Sequence record: OP953026.1
Direction: 5' to 3' (one strand)
DNA: 64,000 nucleotides
The notes below the pieces were generated by a model that did not search any database, had not been told where the DNA came from, and saw only the letters and a program-made list of their open reading frames with translations. This document shows positions 26,630 through 35,691 of this stretch, piece by piece (within the stretch, counting starts at the first letter, position 1; every line of letters starts with the position of its first letter). A program made the position numbers and the translations under genes.

Positions 26630-26779
26630 ATGAATGATATTAAAAATACATTATTAGTTAGATTAAAGAGGAAACAAAAAGCTAAGCGTATAGATAAATT
26701 ACAAAGACTAGGTTTATGGTTTATTCTATTGCTATGTGTATCTAATCTATTTGTCCAATTAATAAAAGGTATATTCTAA
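26630..26779 (+). CDS. 49 aa basic, C-terminally TM-anchored peptide (not in ORF track)
   Basis: fills the gap exactly up to the next ATG. Confidence 0.55.
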   Translation: MNDIKNTLLVRLKRKQKAKRIDKLQRLGLWFILLLCVSNLFVQLIKGIF

Positions 26780-27460
26780 ATGGTAGAAAAGCTCAGTTTT
26801 GCTGATATATTTAAGATGGCTAAAGAGGAAAATGTTAAGCTTGAATTGCATTGTCTAATTGGTACTCGACCAGTTAGGGGTCTTATTAAAAGTTTAAACT
26901 TTAATTCAATCAGACCTGATATATGTGAATCTGTTAATTTATATGTAAATGTATTTTCTAAAGTAGTAGAGGCTAGAGTAGATCTATCAAGTACTACTGC
27001 TGATTATGGTTGCTGGAGAATGACGCCAGAAACTAAGAATTATGTAGATAGTAAATATAACTTACCAGAAAAAATTGATATCACTAATCCAGATATCGTT
27101 AGGAGTAATATTAATTATTACCTCAGTTTACCTACTAAGGAACGCACTGAGTTATTTAATAAAATAAATAATCCTAATGTCATTGAGGCAATAAACAAAG
27201 AATGGTCTAAAATGGTTGTAGAGTATTATCAATTTGAGATCGATTCGTTTATTGGATTAATTGATTTCGATCATGTCCTTATCAGTAAGTTCATGGTATT
27301 TAACTGGATGGATGATCTGTTTGAATATGCTTTAAATATCCCATTAAAACAAACCAATACAGTAAATGAAGGCACCTGTTGCTTACTGGTTCACAAAGAT
27401 AAAAAGGCAACATATACCCATTTTACTGATATTAAAAATCTTATCAAAGTAAGTGTATAA
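26780..27460 (+). CDS. hypothetical protein
   Basis: 226 aa ORF. Confidence 0.8.
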   Translation: MVEKLSFADIFKMAKEENVKLELHCLIGTRPVRGLIKSLNFNSIRPDICESVNLYVNVFSKVVEARVDLSSTTADYGCWRMTPETKNYVDSKYNLPEKIDITNPDIVRSNINYYLSLPTKERTELFNKINNPNVIEAINKEWSKMVVEYYQFEIDSFIGLIDFDHVLISKFMVFNWMDDLFEYALNIPLKQTNTVNEGTCCLLVHKDKKATYTHFTDIKNLIKVSV

Positions 27461-27472
27461 TTACGGCATAAA

Positions 27473-27494
27473 CCCCTCTCCGTATGGAGAGGGG
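27473..27494. terminator. bidirectional terminator at convergent junction
   Basis: CCCCTCTCC-GTAT-GGAGAGGGG. Confidence 0.85.
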
Positions 27495-27520
27495 ATATGT
27501 CTTTATTTTTTTATTTAAAC

Positions 27521-27910
27521 TCACTTAGAAAAATCTTCTACTGGAATATCATCCAGCCAATCATTAAGTAGTTTAAATTGATGAGGGTGTTGCATCTTAG
27601 TAACTTTACCATACTTAACACTAACTGCTTTACCAGTAGACACGGCAAGATCAACTAGTTTCTTTTCATATGCATTAAACTCATCATACCACCGAGTATG
27701 AATAAGTTTTGCTAGGCGATCGTAAGCCGTCTTTCGATAATGATCTTCTTGTTCGCGACGCTGTTCGTCAAGTAGTTCTTTTTGACGTTGTTCTTGCTGA
27801 CGCTTTTCTTCTTCCTTTTTCTCTTTCTCTAGTCGTTTCTTCTCAGCAAAATATGATAGAACCGGTAGTTTGAAAAGTAGGCTTAGAAGTAGTTGAAAGA
27901 ATTGTTTCAT
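27521..27910 (-). CDS. amphipathic N-terminus / coiled-coil protein
   Basis: start moved to MKQFF (GAGGA RBS); charged coiled coil. Confidence 0.8.
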   Translation of the reverse strand: MKQFFQLLLSLLFKLPVLSYFAEKKRLEKEKKEEEKRQQEQRQKELLDEQRREQEDHYRKTAYDRLAKLIHTRWYDEFNAYEKKLVDLAVSTGKAVSVKYGKVTKMQHPHQFKLLNDWLDDIPVEDFSK

Positions 27911-27990
27911 TAGTATTTCCTCAGTTTGATTAAATAGATAATTTACAAATGGCAATCCGCCTAGTTACATACTAGATAGCTGTAAGTATT

Positions 27991-28401
27991 TTAATCCGTT
28001 ACAATGTCTGGATAACGTTCATCAATTAATGATTTTCTATATGCAAACTCACGCACCTCTGCTTCTAATTTTTCTTTAGTTGCATCTGTAGCACCGATCA
28101 CAATAATTGAATCATTATTAATTGATAACTCTACGTCATTATCTTTTCCAAATACTAATTTAAAAACAGTATTTAATTCATCTAATTGATCTTGAACGGT
28201 TACTGTATCATCATGGATTGCCCTAGACGGTTCCTCTAATAGACCCTCTAGCACTTTATAAGACTTTATAAAAAGAGTATCATTAAAATCTTCTTTTAAC
28301 CATGTTAATTCAAGTGTATATAAATCAACCACTCTATTAAGATTTGAAGTAGTTATATCTGTTTTCCATTCATAACCTAGATAGTTAGTTTCATTACTCA
28401 T
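27991..28401 (-). CDS. hypothetical (possibly virion) protein, gp293-like
   Basis: 136 aa, AAGGAG RBS, upstream TATGTA late motif. Confidence 0.8.
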   Translation of the reverse strand: MSNETNYLGYEWKTDITTSNLNRVVDLYTLELTWLKEDFNDTLFIKSYKVLEGLLEEPSRAIHDDTVTVQDQLDELNTVFKLVFGKDNDVELSINNDSIIVIGATDATKEKLEAEVREFAYRKSLIDERYPDIVTD

Positions 28402-28443
28402 TATAAACTCCTTTGATTAATACATATTAAATAATCTGGAGTA

Positions 28444-28620
28444 TTATTTCTTTGTAATGCGATAACCAACTGACCATAAATCTATACGGACGAAACCTTT
28501 TCCCTCATGTTGACCGTATAAACATACACGTAACATTCTATTACCTGGCTTCATATCAATTCGTGTTACCTCAAATTTATTAGTAATGTATTCTTGGATG
28601 ATAAATAATAGATGACTCAT
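28444..28620 (-). CDS. 58 aa hypothetical protein (not in ORF track)
   Basis: AGGA RBS; MSHLLFIIQEYITNKF... Confidence 0.7.
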   Translation of the reverse strand: MSHLLFIIQEYITNKFEVTRIDMKPGNRMLRVCLYGQHEGKGFVRIDLWSVGYRITKK

Positions 28621-28651
28621 TTTATATTTTCCTGATTAATGACAAACATAA

Positions 28652-28671
28652 GCCCCTCCATATGGAGGGGC
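28652..28671 (-). terminator. terminator hairpin
   Basis: GCCCCTCC-ATAT-GGAGGGGC. Confidence 0.8.
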
Positions 28672-28749
28672 AATATGATTTACTGAGTCTTTCGCGTTCA
28701 ATCCCATCCTAACTAATATATTTAAGAATAGTTTAAACCTCAGTAAATT

Positions 28750-28826
28750 TGGTGCCGCCACTCCGAATCGAACGGAGGACCTACGCATTACAAGTGCGTT
28801 GCTCTACCTAGCTGAGCTATAGCGGC
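28750..28826 (-). tRNA. tRNA-Thr(UGU)
   Basis: full cloverleaf, anticodon TGT, encoded CCA. Confidence 0.95.
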
Positions 28827-28909
28827 GGAATCTTCTACATATAGTGTATATGAAAGTATTATTTTATTTATTATAATAAATAAAGTTATATTCAAACATA
28901 TTTAAACAG

Positions 28910-28917
28910 TATATCAT
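28910..28917 (+). promoter_or_regulatory. early promoter variant (TATATCAT)
   Basis: same TATTCAAA..TATTTAAACAG context as canonical promoters. Confidence 0.6.
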
Positions 28918-28973
28918 TAACTTGATATTACTAAAAGTAATATTTTCTATTAATTGTAAATAGGATACTAAAT

Positions 28974-29111
28974 ATGAATATTGATCCAAAAACTCTTGGC
29001 ATTATTATTAGCACCACTATTGGCACCGTAGGTGCTCTTATTCTTACGTATGGTATTGCGAGAGCAGTACGTTGGAATAATAAACCTGATGTAAAAGATG
29101 TAGCAGAGTAA
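28974..29111 (+). CDS. 45 aa single-TM peptide in its own transcription unit
   Basis: AGGA RBS; MNIDPKTLGIIISTTIGTVGALILTYGIARAVRW...; own promoter and terminator. Confidence 0.7.
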   Translation: MNIDPKTLGIIISTTIGTVGALILTYGIARAVRWNNKPDVKDVAE

Positions 29112-29121
29112 GATAACATAA

Positions 29122-29144
29122 AGCTAGCCCATTAGGGGCTAGCT
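29122..29144. terminator. terminator at convergent junction
   Basis: AGCTAGCCC-ATTAG-GGGCTAGCT. Confidence 0.8.
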
Positions 29145-29168
29145 CTTATATTTATTTTTTTATTTGTT

Positions 29169-29798
29169 TTAACTTAGAGTACTATAATAAATAAATTTAG
29201 TTAATTCATCTTGTTGCTCTTTGATTATATTATTTTTCGTTTGTTTAACATTAATGTAATATTCAATAAATAACCAACGTCTATCATGTTTGGCTAAGTC
29301 TTTGAATTCAATTTTCTCAAATCGCCATGACTGTACAGTAGTCCTAATGAGATTACCGGATTTATTGATAATATACCCTTGCATGGTGTTAATTTGATCA
29401 TCGATAGTAGGCGTTGGTAAAAATATCAAATAAACACCATCTGTATTTTTAGTGTGCATACTTTTTAATTTATACATCATTGGGTTAAAGTATTCATCAC
29501 TTTTATGATAATCGCTTAATTCTAACACAGCATCAATCATCATTTTAGCGCTTTCAGTAACACCAACATTTAGTAAATAATCATTAAGCTCTTTTAATGA
29601 ATTATCTGTAAGTGATGCATCTATGTGTTCTTCACTTATAGGTTCATTATAAACTAGTTTATTAATAGTTGAATTAACAATATTTAGCCTATCGATATCA
29701 TAAACTGCTAGTGTTTGTTTACCAACATTTATTTTTAAGTCTTTACCTGATTCATTGATAAAATCATTTAAATCTACTTCAGTAAAATGAAAAGCCAT
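29169..29798 (-). CDS. hypothetical protein
   Basis: 209 aa, AAGGT RBS. Confidence 0.8.
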   Translation of the reverse strand: MAFHFTEVDLNDFINESGKDLKINVGKQTLAVYDIDRLNIVNSTINKLVYNEPISEEHIDASLTDNSLKELNDYLLNVGVTESAKMMIDAVLELSDYHKSDEYFNPMMYKLKSMHTKNTDGVYLIFLPTPTIDDQINTMQGYIINKSGNLIRTTVQSWRFEKIEFKDLAKHDRRWLFIEYYINVKQTKNNIIKEQQDELTKFIYYSTLS

Positions 29799-29957
29799 TT
29801 TTATACACCTTTATGTTTTCCGTAGTGTTAAATTTTATTAACACCCGGTTTCAAGTTGAGTTATGTGTAGAACTAATCTACAAATAATATTAACTCTATG
29901 TATAATTTTACTTATAAATAGACCACTCTATATAGAGGGGTATTAAGTCATATAAAG

Positions 29958-30053
29958 TTATTTTAGTGTGGGTCTAAATACAAACATTACGTCTACTTCA
30001 TCAGTTGGGTCGACATCATATTCTGTCCCAGTATTATCAATCGCAACCAACAT
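29958..30053 (-). CDS. 31 aa acidic peptide (tentative)
   Basis: GAGGA RBS; MLVAIDNTGTEYDVDPTDEVDVMFVFRPTLK. Confidence 0.4.
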   Translation of the reverse strand: MLVAIDNTGTEYDVDPTDEVDVMFVFRPTLK

Positions 30054-30055
30054 TC

Positions 30056-30178
30056 TCACATTCCTCGGTAAAGGGCTTTATGTGATTTAGATAGGCGAGT
30101 GATAAAATACCTAAATGCACTGAGATATTCTCTGATAAATCCTTTACCTTTATTAAAATTATCACCTACATGGACCAT
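30056..30178 (-). CDS. 40 aa peptide (tentative)
   Basis: MVHVGDNFNKGKGF...; abuts the next small ORF. Confidence 0.3.
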   Translation of the reverse strand: MVHVGDNFNKGKGFIREYLSAFRYFITRLSKSHKALYRGM

Positions 30179-30269
30179 TCAATCACTTTTATGTAGCTTG
30201 ATTTCAATCAATTAAAGGGTATAACGAATGTAATGTATTTATACACGAATATAGTTATCATAAGCTCAA

Positions 30270-30560
30270 CTACTTGGGGTAAAAGAGTGGACGGAGATCA
30301 GTCTCATGGTATTCATCTTTGATATGGGAAAAGTACTTATTGAAATTATCCACACTATACGAAGTTCTAAGCCCATTTGGCCAAATCACTAACATGTCAC
30401 CAACTTCGAATGCCGTGATCATAGCCTCAAAGTCTTTTATGTTTACATGATCATTACCAAGTTTCACGAATCGACATGCACGGAAACCACATTCCCAGTC
30501 AGACGACATCCATTGACCAGCCTCAGTAATCAGCTTTGCACGAACTAATGTCTTAGCCAT
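30270..30560 (-). CDS. hypothetical protein
   Basis: 96 aa ORF. Confidence 0.8.
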   Translation of the reverse strand: MAKTLVRAKLITEAGQWMSSDWECGFRACRFVKLGNDHVNIKDFEAMITAFEVGDMLVIWPNGLRTSYSVDNFNKYFSHIKDEYHETDLRPLFYPK

Positions 30561-30738
30561 ACTTGGTACCCCAGTTTATCGTTTTGTCGAGAAGAGCTTG
30601 ACTAGGTCGTTTATTACGAATCTGATTCTTAATAGACTCATTTAGCTCTTCCATCGTTTTCCGAACTTTAACTAATCGTTCCTTTTGTTCATTTGTAGGA
30701 ACACTACTAACTATATCTTGCAATGCTTTAAGTGACAT
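30553..30738 (-). CDS. hypothetical protein
   Basis: 61 aa, AGGT RBS. Confidence 0.7.
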   Translation of the reverse strand: MSLKALQDIVSSVPTNEQKERLVKVRKTMEELNESIKNQIRNKRPSQALLDKTINWGTKYG

Positions 30739-30799
30739 GTCTTTACCCTATTTGTATTCAGCTATAAGATTCAACTACTGGGTACTTTTACAAGACGAC

Positions 30800-30825
30800 A
30801 TAAAGGCAGCATTAGCTGCCTTTAT
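30800..30825 (-). terminator. terminator hairpin
   Basis: ATAAAGGCAGC-ATTA-GCTGCCTTTAT. Confidence 0.8.
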
Positions 30826-30869
30826 AGTTTACATAGTAGTGAAATATAACTAAATCTAAAACTATGAAT

Positions 30870-30945
<76 letters not shown>

Positions 30946-31106
30946 AGAATTATGGCGATTTTATATTAGAGATGAGTTACTGACAACCTAATATAGATAT
31001 GTAATAACTACATATTATTACAATCTGAGTATTATTTATTTCTTGTTATGACATTATGTAAATAACGTGTAGTTAATCTTATTAGAAACTATCAAAGTTA
31101 CTAATT

Positions 31107-31619
31107 CTAACTAAAACGAACCACCATTACCTCTGTACCAAAAGTATCTGCAACCCACTGGTTAAATTCTTTATCAGTGATACCGCGTAGGTTCAGATTA
31201 AATGAGGCATTGTCAACAAGAATATATTTTACAGACGATATTAATTCTTCTTTAATATCTTTTTGAATAGATGATTCCTCAGGTTGATGAATATATTTAC
31301 GGAGTTGGTGTGTAATTAAACAAGAAACAATATTATCTTTAGCATTCTGGAACTTAGCCAGTACAGCCTGTTTAATTTTATCTTCTACAAATACAGCTAG
31401 ACATTCGCCAGGATGACGATTAGCAAACTCAATCAATGCAGTTGTACTACCACATTGCCGACCTACAAATAATCCAACAGTCCTGTATTCACGAATAACA
31501 ATATGACCAATAGAATTAGATCGATAATTAACCCAGTTCTCATTCGTTTTTTGAATTAAAGCATCTAGGATATCTTGGTACTTTACAATAGTTCTTACAA
31601 ACTGATTAGAGTTAGTCAT
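31107..31619 (-). CDS. degenerate P-loop NTPase-like protein
   Basis: EYRTVGLFVGRQCGSTT (Walker A Lys replaced by Ser) and YILVDN. Confidence 0.6.
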   Translation of the reverse strand: MTNSNQFVRTIVKYQDILDALIQKTNENWVNYRSNSIGHIVIREYRTVGLFVGRQCGSTTALIEFANRHPGECLAVFVEDKIKQAVLAKFQNAKDNIVSCLITHQLRKYIHQPEESSIQKDIKEELISSVKYILVDNASFNLNLRGITDKEFNQWVADTFGTEVMVVRFS

Positions 31620-31903
31620 AATAGACTCCTTTATTACAATGTAGCATAGATTCAGTTTTTTAACTGGAATTAAATGCCGATTTTGAAAAGGTGATAAAAC
31701 CTTTTCTCATCTATAAATGAATTTATAATAGTAACAATGAATATAACCAGGGGTGGCAAACCCCTGGCATTTAGACACACTCTATAATAAGTTCTACCAC
31801 CGAGTGTGTTTAGTGGATAGATTTAAGAATACTTTATTATAGTACTCTTACATAATATCATCGTGCCAGTATAATTATCTAAATAGTTATAAATATTATT
31901 ATT

Positions 31904-32911
31904 TTAATCAATGATTAATGGTGCTAGTTTTACCTGATAGATACCTGATAACAATTGGCTTTTCAACATATATGCTCCACCACCAACTGGCATTTTAGAT
32001 CCACCTACAATGATCATGCTATTATCCGGACCTTTAGCTATAGATGAAATATTAAGGAATCCGATACCTAGTTCAAATGGTTCAGCCCATTTCCGGCGCC
32101 TAATATTAAAACGTTGTGCAAACATTTTAGTTACACCGCCGACATCAACAGCGTTAAGGTAATTAAAATAGTCCCCATCTACATAACCATTACCTTGCCA
32201 GATTGTTCCTTTATCAGCAGGTATAATCATCCAAGGTGTTTGCTCCCATATTAAGGTAGTTGCATTATATCGATAAACTTCAAGATTAGGTATGTTCTTT
32301 GTATTATCCCAACCACCAAAATGGTAAAAGTAACCATTATAAAAGAATAACTGTTGACCTGAACGAGCACCACCTGAATAGTCTTGCCCGCTAAGCCAAG
32401 ACTTACTTGATGGTTTTAATCGCATTGCGTTTACGCCAATTGGGTTAACGCATAGAATAAGATCATTACCATCTGATGCGGAGGCTGTGCCCCAAAGTGG
32501 TACGGGACCACTATATCGCTCAACCCTATTGCCTGTAGCTATATCAAAATGTTGTATAAAGTTAGATGTTCCCGTACCACCATTACCAGCCGAGTTCCAT
32601 CCAGTAATACCGCCATAAACAATAAAGTTATTCTTATGTAATGTCCCAAATCCTAAAGATACCCCTGGTAAGAATGTTCCAGAAGCAGTTGCACCTATAT
32701 CGGCAAATGGCGATATGGTAAAACGTCTGAACACAGTTGCAGCTGTTTGTCCTTCAGTATGATGACCAGATCCAACATACAGTGTATTTCCATCCACATA
32801 TGACATTGTACCAGCTAACGCTACAGGTAGATCACCTAATTTAATAATTTCATTAAATCCAACCAAGGGTAACTCTTCGCCTATATCTGGTGATAATAGT
32901 AATTCAAACAT
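31904..32911 (-). CDS. Kelch/beta-propeller protein (paralog 1), probably virion-associated
   Basis: repeated YxxGG(W) blades; MFELLL N-terminus; TATG late motif upstream. Confidence 0.8.
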   Translation of the reverse strand: MFELLLSPDIGEELPLVGFNEIIKLGDLPVALAGTMSYVDGNTLYVGSGHHTEGQTAATVFRRFTISPFADIGATASGTFLPGVSLGFGTLHKNNFIVYGGITGWNSAGNGGTGTSNFIQHFDIATGNRVERYSGPVPLWGTASASDGNDLILCVNPIGVNAMRLKPSSKSWLSGQDYSGGARSGQQLFFYNGYFYHFGGWDNTKNIPNLEVYRYNATTLIWEQTPWMIIPADKGTIWQGNGYVDGDYFNYLNAVDVGGVTKMFAQRFNIRRRKWAEPFELGIGFLNISSIAKGPDNSMIIVGGSKMPVGGGAYMLKSQLLSGIYQVKLAPLIID

Positions 32912-32961
32912 GAGTATATTCTCAAGTAATACAGTTAAGTCATAAGATAAACGGTAACGGC

Positions 32962-32989
32962 ATAAAGGCAGCCAAATGGCTGCCTTTAT
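32962..32989 (-). terminator. terminator hairpin
   Basis: ATAAAGGCAGCC-AAAT-GGCTGCCTTTAT. Confidence 0.85.
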
Positions 32990-33063
32990 AAGGTGTAAAG
33001 ACTGTTACCAATACTAAGGTACCCTGCCCCTCTGTGAGGTTCTAGCATTGGTGTACGTAACAC

Positions 33064-34077
33064 CTACTTATCACTTGGTGGTAGTGGAGCAGGAAGGATG
33101 AACTTGTATATTTCTGTCTTCGTTTCTGCCTTTCTACCGAACGGTGGGTTAGTCGAGCCCAACGGAATTGAACATCCGCCAACCAGATACAGCTCTCCTT
33201 TATTACCAACCACACCGGTCGCGTTGCGATAGCTAATACCCGTATCAAAACGAATAAATCTTTTACCAGACACATCATAGCGAACCGCACCGAGTTTACT
33301 ACCACTCCAGCTAATATAGCTGAAGATACCTTCATGGTAGTTACCGGCGCCCTGGTTACCACCATGGTATTCGGTAGGTAATATATCGTACACTTCCCAC
33401 AATTGTGTATAAATCGACATTCTCATGATTGTCGTCATTGCTGTCCCAGCATCGAATTTCGCCAGGTGATCCGGATTTGATGCAACACTGGATCCCCATC
33501 CACCCATCACGTAAATGTAGCCTTTATGTTTGAATATAAAAGCACCACTTAGACTAGCAGCAGGAAAGCCTTTCGGGCTGTTATGATAGACGCCATCGGT
33601 TGTGTAATAACCGAACTGATTACTATCGTGGAATTGGACGTAAATTCTGTTGTTATCTTCGTCAAATACCGTGGAGTTACCATAGTTCCCACGAGGAGTG
33701 CTCCAACCAAGATTAGTTATAGTCTCCGCAGAAGCATCTATGGCATGGACCACGCTAGAACTCCAGCTACCATTAGACCTACCGTTGATTAAATAAACTC
33801 TACCAGTTCGTGAGTCTTGCGCTGGATTCGTATGATAGATGTAGTTGCTTAAATTCTTATTATTCTCAAACGTACCATCTAATTTAAACCTGCGTAATCC
33901 TGGATCACTAGAACTAACATCTGTACCGCCACCCTTAACGAATAGTTTATCGTTCCAAATATAAGGGATAGAACCATGTAACGGAATATCCAGGTCAGCT
34001 ATTTTTTCATAACCGATATATTGTACTAATTCAACTGGCTTTATTTTACCACTAGTTGCTAATAGTAATTCAAACAT
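33064..34077 (-). CDS. Kelch/beta-propeller protein (paralog 2), gp298-like
   Basis: LFVKGG, IYVMGGW, LYLVGG; MFELLL N-terminus. Confidence 0.85.
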   Translation of the reverse strand: MFELLLATSGKIKPVELVQYIGYEKIADLDIPLHGSIPYIWNDKLFVKGGGTDVSSSDPGLRRFKLDGTFENNKNLSNYIYHTNPAQDSRTGRVYLINGRSNGSWSSSVVHAIDASAETITNLGWSTPRGNYGNSTVFDEDNNRIYVQFHDSNQFGYYTTDGVYHNSPKGFPAASLSGAFIFKHKGYIYVMGGWGSSVASNPDHLAKFDAGTAMTTIMRMSIYTQLWEVYDILPTEYHGGNQGAGNYHEGIFSYISWSGSKLGAVRYDVSGKRFIRFDTGISYRNATGVVGNKGELYLVGGCSIPLGSTNPPFGRKAETKTEIYKFILPAPLPPSDK

Positions 34078-34131
34078 GAGTGTGCTCTCAAGTAAATCAT
34101 TTTAATTCATAAGATAACCCATGGCAACATA

Positions 34132-34155
34132 AAAGAGTAGCCGAAGCTACTCTTT
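34132..34155 (-). terminator. terminator after tRNA pair
   Basis: AAAGAGTAGC-(TTCG on - strand)-GCTACTCTTT. Confidence 0.85.
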
Positions 34156-34161
34156 AGAATA

Positions 34162-34237
<76 letters not shown>

Positions 34238-34243
34238 ATTAAA

Positions 34244-34320
34244 TGGCGCGCCCAAGGGGACTCGAACCCCTGACCACCCGCGTGACAGGCGGGTATTCTA
34301 ACCAACTGAACTATGAGCGC
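34244..34320 (-). tRNA. tRNA-Asp(GUC)
   Basis: cloverleaf, GTC, CCA. Confidence 0.95.
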
Positions 34321-34372
34321 AAACGTATGGACATGACTTCCTACATAGTATTACATAACCAGTAATATTTTA

Positions 34373-34720
34373 TTACGGGCGATCAGTCCAGTGCTTGAAA
34401 TAGTTACCATCCTTGGGACGATCGTACTTAGCAAGAATATTTTTAAGTTCTTCGCCGGACAACTTAATACTATCGCCTACTGGGCTATCCAGTTCAGGGC
34501 AAGGTTCAGTTTTACGTGTAATGATTAAATTATCAGTCCCATCTTTGAAGATAAAGATAAACTGCGTTTCATTAGCACTAATCTTTTTCTTAACGCAATG
34601 CTTTACTTCTGGATGTTTCTTGTGGATCGCTACAAAAGATTCAACAAGAGTTAGCTTTATAAACTCAGGGCTAATAAATGTGAAATATACAGCGCTCTGC
34701 GTTGGGGTTAGATGATCCAT
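34373..34720 (-). CDS. hypothetical (possibly virion) protein, gp299-like
   Basis: 115 aa, GGAG RBS. Confidence 0.8.
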   Translation of the reverse strand: MDHLTPTQSAVYFTFISPEFIKLTLVESFVAIHKKHPEVKHCVKKKISANETQFIFIFKDGTDNLIITRKTEPCPELDSPVGDSIKLSGEELKNILAKYDRPKDGNYFKHWTDRP

Positions 34721-34722
34721 AT

Positions 34723-35028
34723 TTACTCCGTATGTTTGAGATAGGCTTTAACTGCTTTAAGACCTTTATTAAAGAACATAGCTTCAACATAAGTAATGTT
34801 ACTTACATCCTCGCCGATAAGTTCCCATTTGATGCAACGTGTAACAGCGTTGATTGTAATATCTAATCCGTTTGGGAATAGGGTTACTTCATCGGTCAGG
34901 TGAATCCAATCGGGAGCCTTCGCTCCATTACGTAAACGGGGACTAAAAGTAAGATTATAAAGTGTTTGTAATGGTTGTCTCAATAGTTCTTTTTGTTCTT
35001 GATGTTCCATGTATTTTCCTAGAGACAT
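34723..35028 (-). CDS. hypothetical protein
   Basis: 101 aa ORF. Confidence 0.75.
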   Translation of the reverse strand: MSLGKYMEHQEQKELLRQPLQTLYNLTFSPRLRNGAKAPDWIHLTDEVTLFPNGLDITINAVTRCIKWELIGEDVSNITYVEAMFFNKGLKAVKAYLKHTE

Positions 35029-35240
35029 TTAAAAATATAAATAGAATGGTTATCTCTTTCGGTTATCTTTAGAGTATTCTCATTTCGAATAACTTCAAGA
35101 GACTTGTATTTATGTTCCAGAATATCCAGATGAGAAATACACTGTTCCCTATTTTCAAATAGGATATTACTTTCATTAGTCGAAATGAAACCAAATAATC
35201 CAACTTTGATAGATAATACCAACATTATTACTGTATTCAT
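35019..35240 (-). CDS. small protein with N-terminal hydrophobic segment
   Basis: start moved to MNTVIML (GAGGA RBS, after terminator). Confidence 0.7.
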   Translation of the reverse strand: MNTVIMLVLSIKVGLFGFISTNESNILFENREQCISHLDILEHKYKSLEVIRNENTLKITERDNHSIYIFKCL

Positions 35241-35266
35241 GTTTTCCTCAATGAGACAGTATAAAA

Positions 35267-35284
35267 CCTCCCCCAAGTGGGAGG
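35267..35284 (-). terminator. terminator hairpin
   Basis: CCTCCC/GGGAGG stem with TTTT on - strand. Confidence 0.75.
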
Positions 35285-35292
35285 CTAGTATA

Positions 35293-35369
35293 TGGTGGGC
35301 CCAGCAGGACTTGAACCTGCGACCAAGCGATTATGAGTCGCCTGCTCTAACCAACTGAGCTATAGGCCC
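35293..35369 (-). tRNA. tRNA with CAU anticodon, probably tRNA-Ile2 (lysidine type)
   Basis: GCAGGCGACTCATAATCGCTTGGTCGC matches the ileX-type body as recalled. Confidence 0.85.
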
Positions 35370-35376
35370 TTTTTAT

Positions 35377-35670
35377 TTATTCTGGTAAGAATGTTCCATC
35401 TTTTTGACGGACTAATACACCTGACCATTTGAATGTATTTGTATCACTAGCAGGGCACTCTCTAATTACATTGGTTCTAAATGTGCCATGTGGATAGGTT
35501 ACAGTGAATGTAATATGGTTATTACAAACATGTAATACAGAAGACTTTGCTTCTGTTAGATAGTGTAAGCCTTGAGCTAATTGAATATTAGTTAATTCAG
35601 GGTCACTAAGAATAGCGTAAAGAGCTGTTCCTATAATTTGATGTTCCCATGATATCCATTTATTATCCAT
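35377..35670 (-). CDS. hypothetical protein
   Basis: 97 aa, AGG RBS. Confidence 0.75.
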   Translation of the reverse strand: MDNKWISWEHQIIGTALYAILSDPELTNIQLAQGLHYLTEAKSSVLHVCNNHITFTVTYPHGTFRTNVIRECPASDTNTFKWSGVLVRQKDGTFLPE

Positions 35671-35691
35671 CCTATTTACCTATTATTAAAA

